A stretch of 64,000 nucleotides of DNA, taken from assembly GCA_964016885.1 (NCBI GenBank), contig OZ024743.1:203546001-203610000 (forward strand), read 5' to 3'. The notes under the pieces are model-generated. The model made no database searches. It saw only the letters and a program-made list of their open reading frames with translations, and had not been told where the DNA came from. Position numbers and translations under genes: made by a program. Shown here piece by piece: positions 60,366 to 64,000 of this stretch (position 1 is the stretch's first letter; every line of letters starts with the position of its first letter). The DNA comes from Eledone cirrhosa (Eukaryota).

Positions 60366-60411
<46 letters not shown>
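59600..60411. repeat. (TA)n/(TG)n compound microsatellite
   Basis: Direct inspection. Confidence 0.95.
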
Positions 60412-60415
<4 letters not shown>

Positions 60416-60791
60416 TAAACGGAATAGAAAATGCTGACAAATTGTTTACAGTGAAAAATAGTTTAATTAGGAATAAATGAGAATTAGTAATTGTATTGGT
60501 TAGTAATCAGTTTTGGTTTTAAGTTTTACCGGTTGCGCATTTCTAAATGCTTTTCAAAAATAATTTTGAGATAGAGCGTCCGTGATGTTTGCTCTGATCT
60601 GATTAGTTTTGGGAATTCTACCTGTTTTATGTTAAAAAAGTGGCTCCAGCGCTATTAAAATTGTTTTTTTGCGCCAATTCGTGTTGCAAAAATTCTTGTG
60701 GTCAAAACAATTTTGATTGGTCGGTAGAGGTCATGTGAATGTAAAAAATTAATTTTATCACCCAGACTGAGAAATGACTCTTTCACAACAA

Positions 60792-60862
<71 letters not shown>

Positions 60863-61081
60863 AAGTGTTCGTTGTTGTGATAATGGTTTGCAGGGATGTG
60901 TGTGGGAACAGCAGCCTGTTGACAGTTCAAATGCCTATTAAGACAAGTGTGTGTGTGTGTGTGTGTGTGTGTAGCAGAGTAATTCGTGGTAGAGGGATGG
61001 TCAGTAGGAATGTGTCTGTAAGTGAGTGGGGGATATTTTAACATGTTAAAAGATATTTTTCAGCTCTTGTCTTATACAGAG

Positions 61082-61129
<48 letters not shown>

Positions 61130-61610
61130 AGCAGAGTAATTCGTGGTAGAGGGATGGTCAGTAGGAATGTGTCTGTAAGTGAGTGGGGGATATTTTGACA
61201 TGTGAAAAGATATTTTCAGCTCTTGTCTTATACGGAGAAGTGTGTTTGTGTGTGTGTATAAGTCTCTTTGTATGTTAATGTACGCGTGTGTATGTGTGTG
61301 TGTATATGTGTTTGTGTGTGTGTGTGTCTGTGTGTGGGTGGACCAGTATTTTTTTCCCTGGTAAAATGGTGTACATTATTCGATATTTTCAGTAAAATCG
61401 ATTCTCTCAATAGAACATCAAAAGCCTTAACAATAAAAGGTGTGAAATGATATTCACTATATATATATATATACATACATATATTCACTATATATATATA
61501 TATATATACATATATATTTTTGTGTTGCACCATAGAACATGTGTGTTTACGTATGTCATTGTGTTTATATGTGGGTATGTATGTTGACGTGTGTATGTTG
61601 TGGGTTCATC

Positions 61611-64000
61611 TTAGGGAGAAGTGTTTAGACGGGGTCCGTATTTGTTAATAAAGTCAGATTCCTTGCTGATGCGCTGGGTGTGGGTGGCATTATCTTTAAA
61701 TTTGTAGAGGGGAAAGATTCTGAAGTTGGGATGATTTTGGGCGGCACAGGTATCAATGTGTTCACTCAGTGGTATTTTCCTGTATTCCCGTATTTTAATT
61801 TGGGATCTATGGACAGTCATGCGTTGGCGGAGGCTGCTTTGGGTCTGGCCTATGTATTGTTCTCGACAATCTGAGCAAGTTAATACATATATTAGATTTT
61901 CCGATGCACATGTGAAATTGTGTTTTACTATAAAACGTTGTCCTTCTTTGAAATAGAATTCCGAACCCTCTATTAGGTTGATGAAAATGCCACAGTTGGG
62001 TCTATCGCATTTTTTTACTGTGGGTTTCGTTGTTGTGGTTGGTGGTACTTTGGCATATGTTAGGATGTTTTTTATTGACTTAGATTGTCTTTTGCTCTTT
62101 ATGATATCGTGTGTGCGTAGGATTTGGTTCATTCTATGGTCCTTTTTCAACACAGGGATGTTCTGGAGGATGGTGTCAAAGGCCTCATTGTTGAGGGGGT
62201 TGTGTGTGGAGATGTATGGAAGAGCTTTTAGTTTCGGTTGATTTACTTTAGGGTGTCTAAGGTCCTGGGTACTGAGTTTTAGGGCACGTTGGATTCCATT
62301 GTCAATTAGTGATGCAGGGTAGTCCCTGCCTATGAGTGTGTCCTTTAGTTCTTGTAGCCGTAAGTAGCAGGTGTTTTTATTGGAGATTATAGTACAGATT
62401 CTCTTGGCTAAGTTGTAGGGAATATTAATTTTAACGTGTCTAGGGTGGCAAGAGTTGAAAGGAAGATATTGCTTGGAGTCTGTGGGCTTGTAGTATATGT
62501 CTGTTTCTATTTTTTTTGTTATGGATCTTAATGAGGATGTTGAGGAAGGGGAGTTGTTGATGGCTGTATTCCATCGTGAAGTTAATATTCGTGTTGAGCC
62601 CATTTATAAGGGTGTGAAATTCTTTGAGTGTTTCGATGTTTTCGTGCCAAAGGATGAAGCAGTCATCTAGATATCGCTTCCAGTTCCTTTCAATGTGTAA
62701 GTGGAGATTTTTTCCAAATTTGTTTAGGACTTTAGTGTAGAGGGTGATTTCCAGGTACCCCATGACTAGGTTGGTATAAGTGGGGGCTGTTTTCGTTCCC
62801 ATAGCGGTCCCAGATTTCTGCCTGTAGGGTTTGTTATTGAAAACGATGTAATTGTTCTCCAAGATAAATTTGAGTCCCTCTATCACGAATTCTTTTTTGA
62901 TGCGTTGTGGGAGTTCATTGTGGTAATTATCCAGCCAGAATTGGATAGCTGCTATTCCTAGGTTGTGGGGGATGTTGGAGTATAGGTTGTCTACATCGAA
63001 CGTCACTAGTAGGGTTTGTTCAGAAAGTGGCATATTAGGGAGGTGATTGAGCATATCTAGGTCGTCCCTTATATAGCTTTTGATGTGTTTGAGAAAGGGC
63101 TTGAGAAGGGTATCAATGAAGTTGCTAAGGCGGTGGGTTTCGCAAGCGGGGCCTGCTATTATAGGTCTTAATTTGAGATCATTGGGTGATGGGGACATTG
63201 ATGACTATGTCTGTGGCTTCCTTGCATGCCTTACTTATTAATTCGCTTTTATGCACTTTAGCGATACCGTAGAAAAGGCTGAATTTACTTGTGAAGTCTG
63301 TGATGAAGCTGAATTCCTTGTTAGTGAGTCCTTCTTTGTATTGGTTGATTAGAGTTTTTAGGTTTCTCATAATTTTCTGTTGATTGTAGTGTTCAGCCTT
63401 TTCGTAGTATGTTTCGTTTTCCAAAGTGGAGAGCGCTAAGTTGATATAGAATTCTGTCTCCATTAGGACTACTGTACTCCCTTTATCTGCCTCTTTAATT
63501 GTAATGGTTCTGTCGTTTTTTAATCTATTTAATTCTTCCCATTCTTTCTTGTTGAGGTTTGGCTTGTGTTTTTGTCTGTGCAAGTGTTGGTAAGGGAAGT
63601 GTGTGATGTGTTCACAGAATTCGTCCAGGATTTTATTTCTACCTTTTGATGGGGTGTAATTTCTTCTATTTCTGGCTAATGATTCATCCTCATTGTACTG
63701 GTCGAATAGTTGTTCACTGAGTCGTAACTTTCTACAGAAGTCTGTGATCTCTTCCTTCATTTCATAGTAGTTAGGATGTAGTGGGGTCGGTGTGAATTTA
63801 AGACCTTTGGAGAGTAAGTTGATAAGGTTGGGTGTTGGTTCTGCACTAGTTGATAATTTTTATTACTATCGGTTTCTCCTCCCTGTCTTGTGTTATTTTG
63901 TTTGCCTGTATCTGTGTGCTGTGTCTAAAAAATGGTTGGGGTAGAGGGGTTGTCTGCTGATGTTAAGTGGTCTCCTGTGTTTGTAATATTCCTTGTTGTT
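61611..64000 (-). mobile_element. Penelope-like element (Neptune-type) RT plus GIY-YIG, frameshifted, running off the window end
   Basis: IKEADKGS, LRPII, FDVDNLYSNIP, GTAMGTKTAPTY, RYLDDCF, TDIYYKPTD, SCHP, CDRPNC linker, NLIYVLTC..YIGQT..RMTVH. Confidence 0.93.

Noticed and set aside
59536-60460. CTGAAGA at the PLE 3' end pairing with a GAAA beyond an 800-bp microsatellite
   Set aside because: No consistent stem I/III assignment; short matches are expected by chance.

Overview
Repeat-saturated, AT-rich animal genomic DNA. The SINE types, microsatellite load and TE families suggest a coleoid cephalopod such as Octopus (inference). The only host coding sequence found is one 151-nt + strand exon (28567-28717) of a GABA-B-type class C GPCR, so most of the window is probably intronic. 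The rest consists of (TA)n/(CATA)n/(GATA)n/(TG)n microsatellites and decayed transposons: at least six Penelope-like element (PLE) remnants, two Tx1/L1 LINEs, R4/Dong-type and CRE-type RLE retrotransposons, CR1 LINEs, a Gypsy pol relic, a maT/Tc1-mariner derivative, a hAT MITE and tRNA-derived SINEs. The most striking signal is a set of more than a dozen type I hammerhead ribozyme (HHR) motifs from about nine unrelated sequence families. They lie in PLE termini and in ORF-free fold-back or tandem modules embedded in (TA)n. Most have a self-complementary helix III, and two families carry the compensatory U3-A8 core. A second theme is apparent partitioning of microsatellite targets: Tx1 in (GATA)n, R4 in (CATA)n, and PLE/HHR modules in (TA)n. 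All calls were made by eye; no search or folding program was run.
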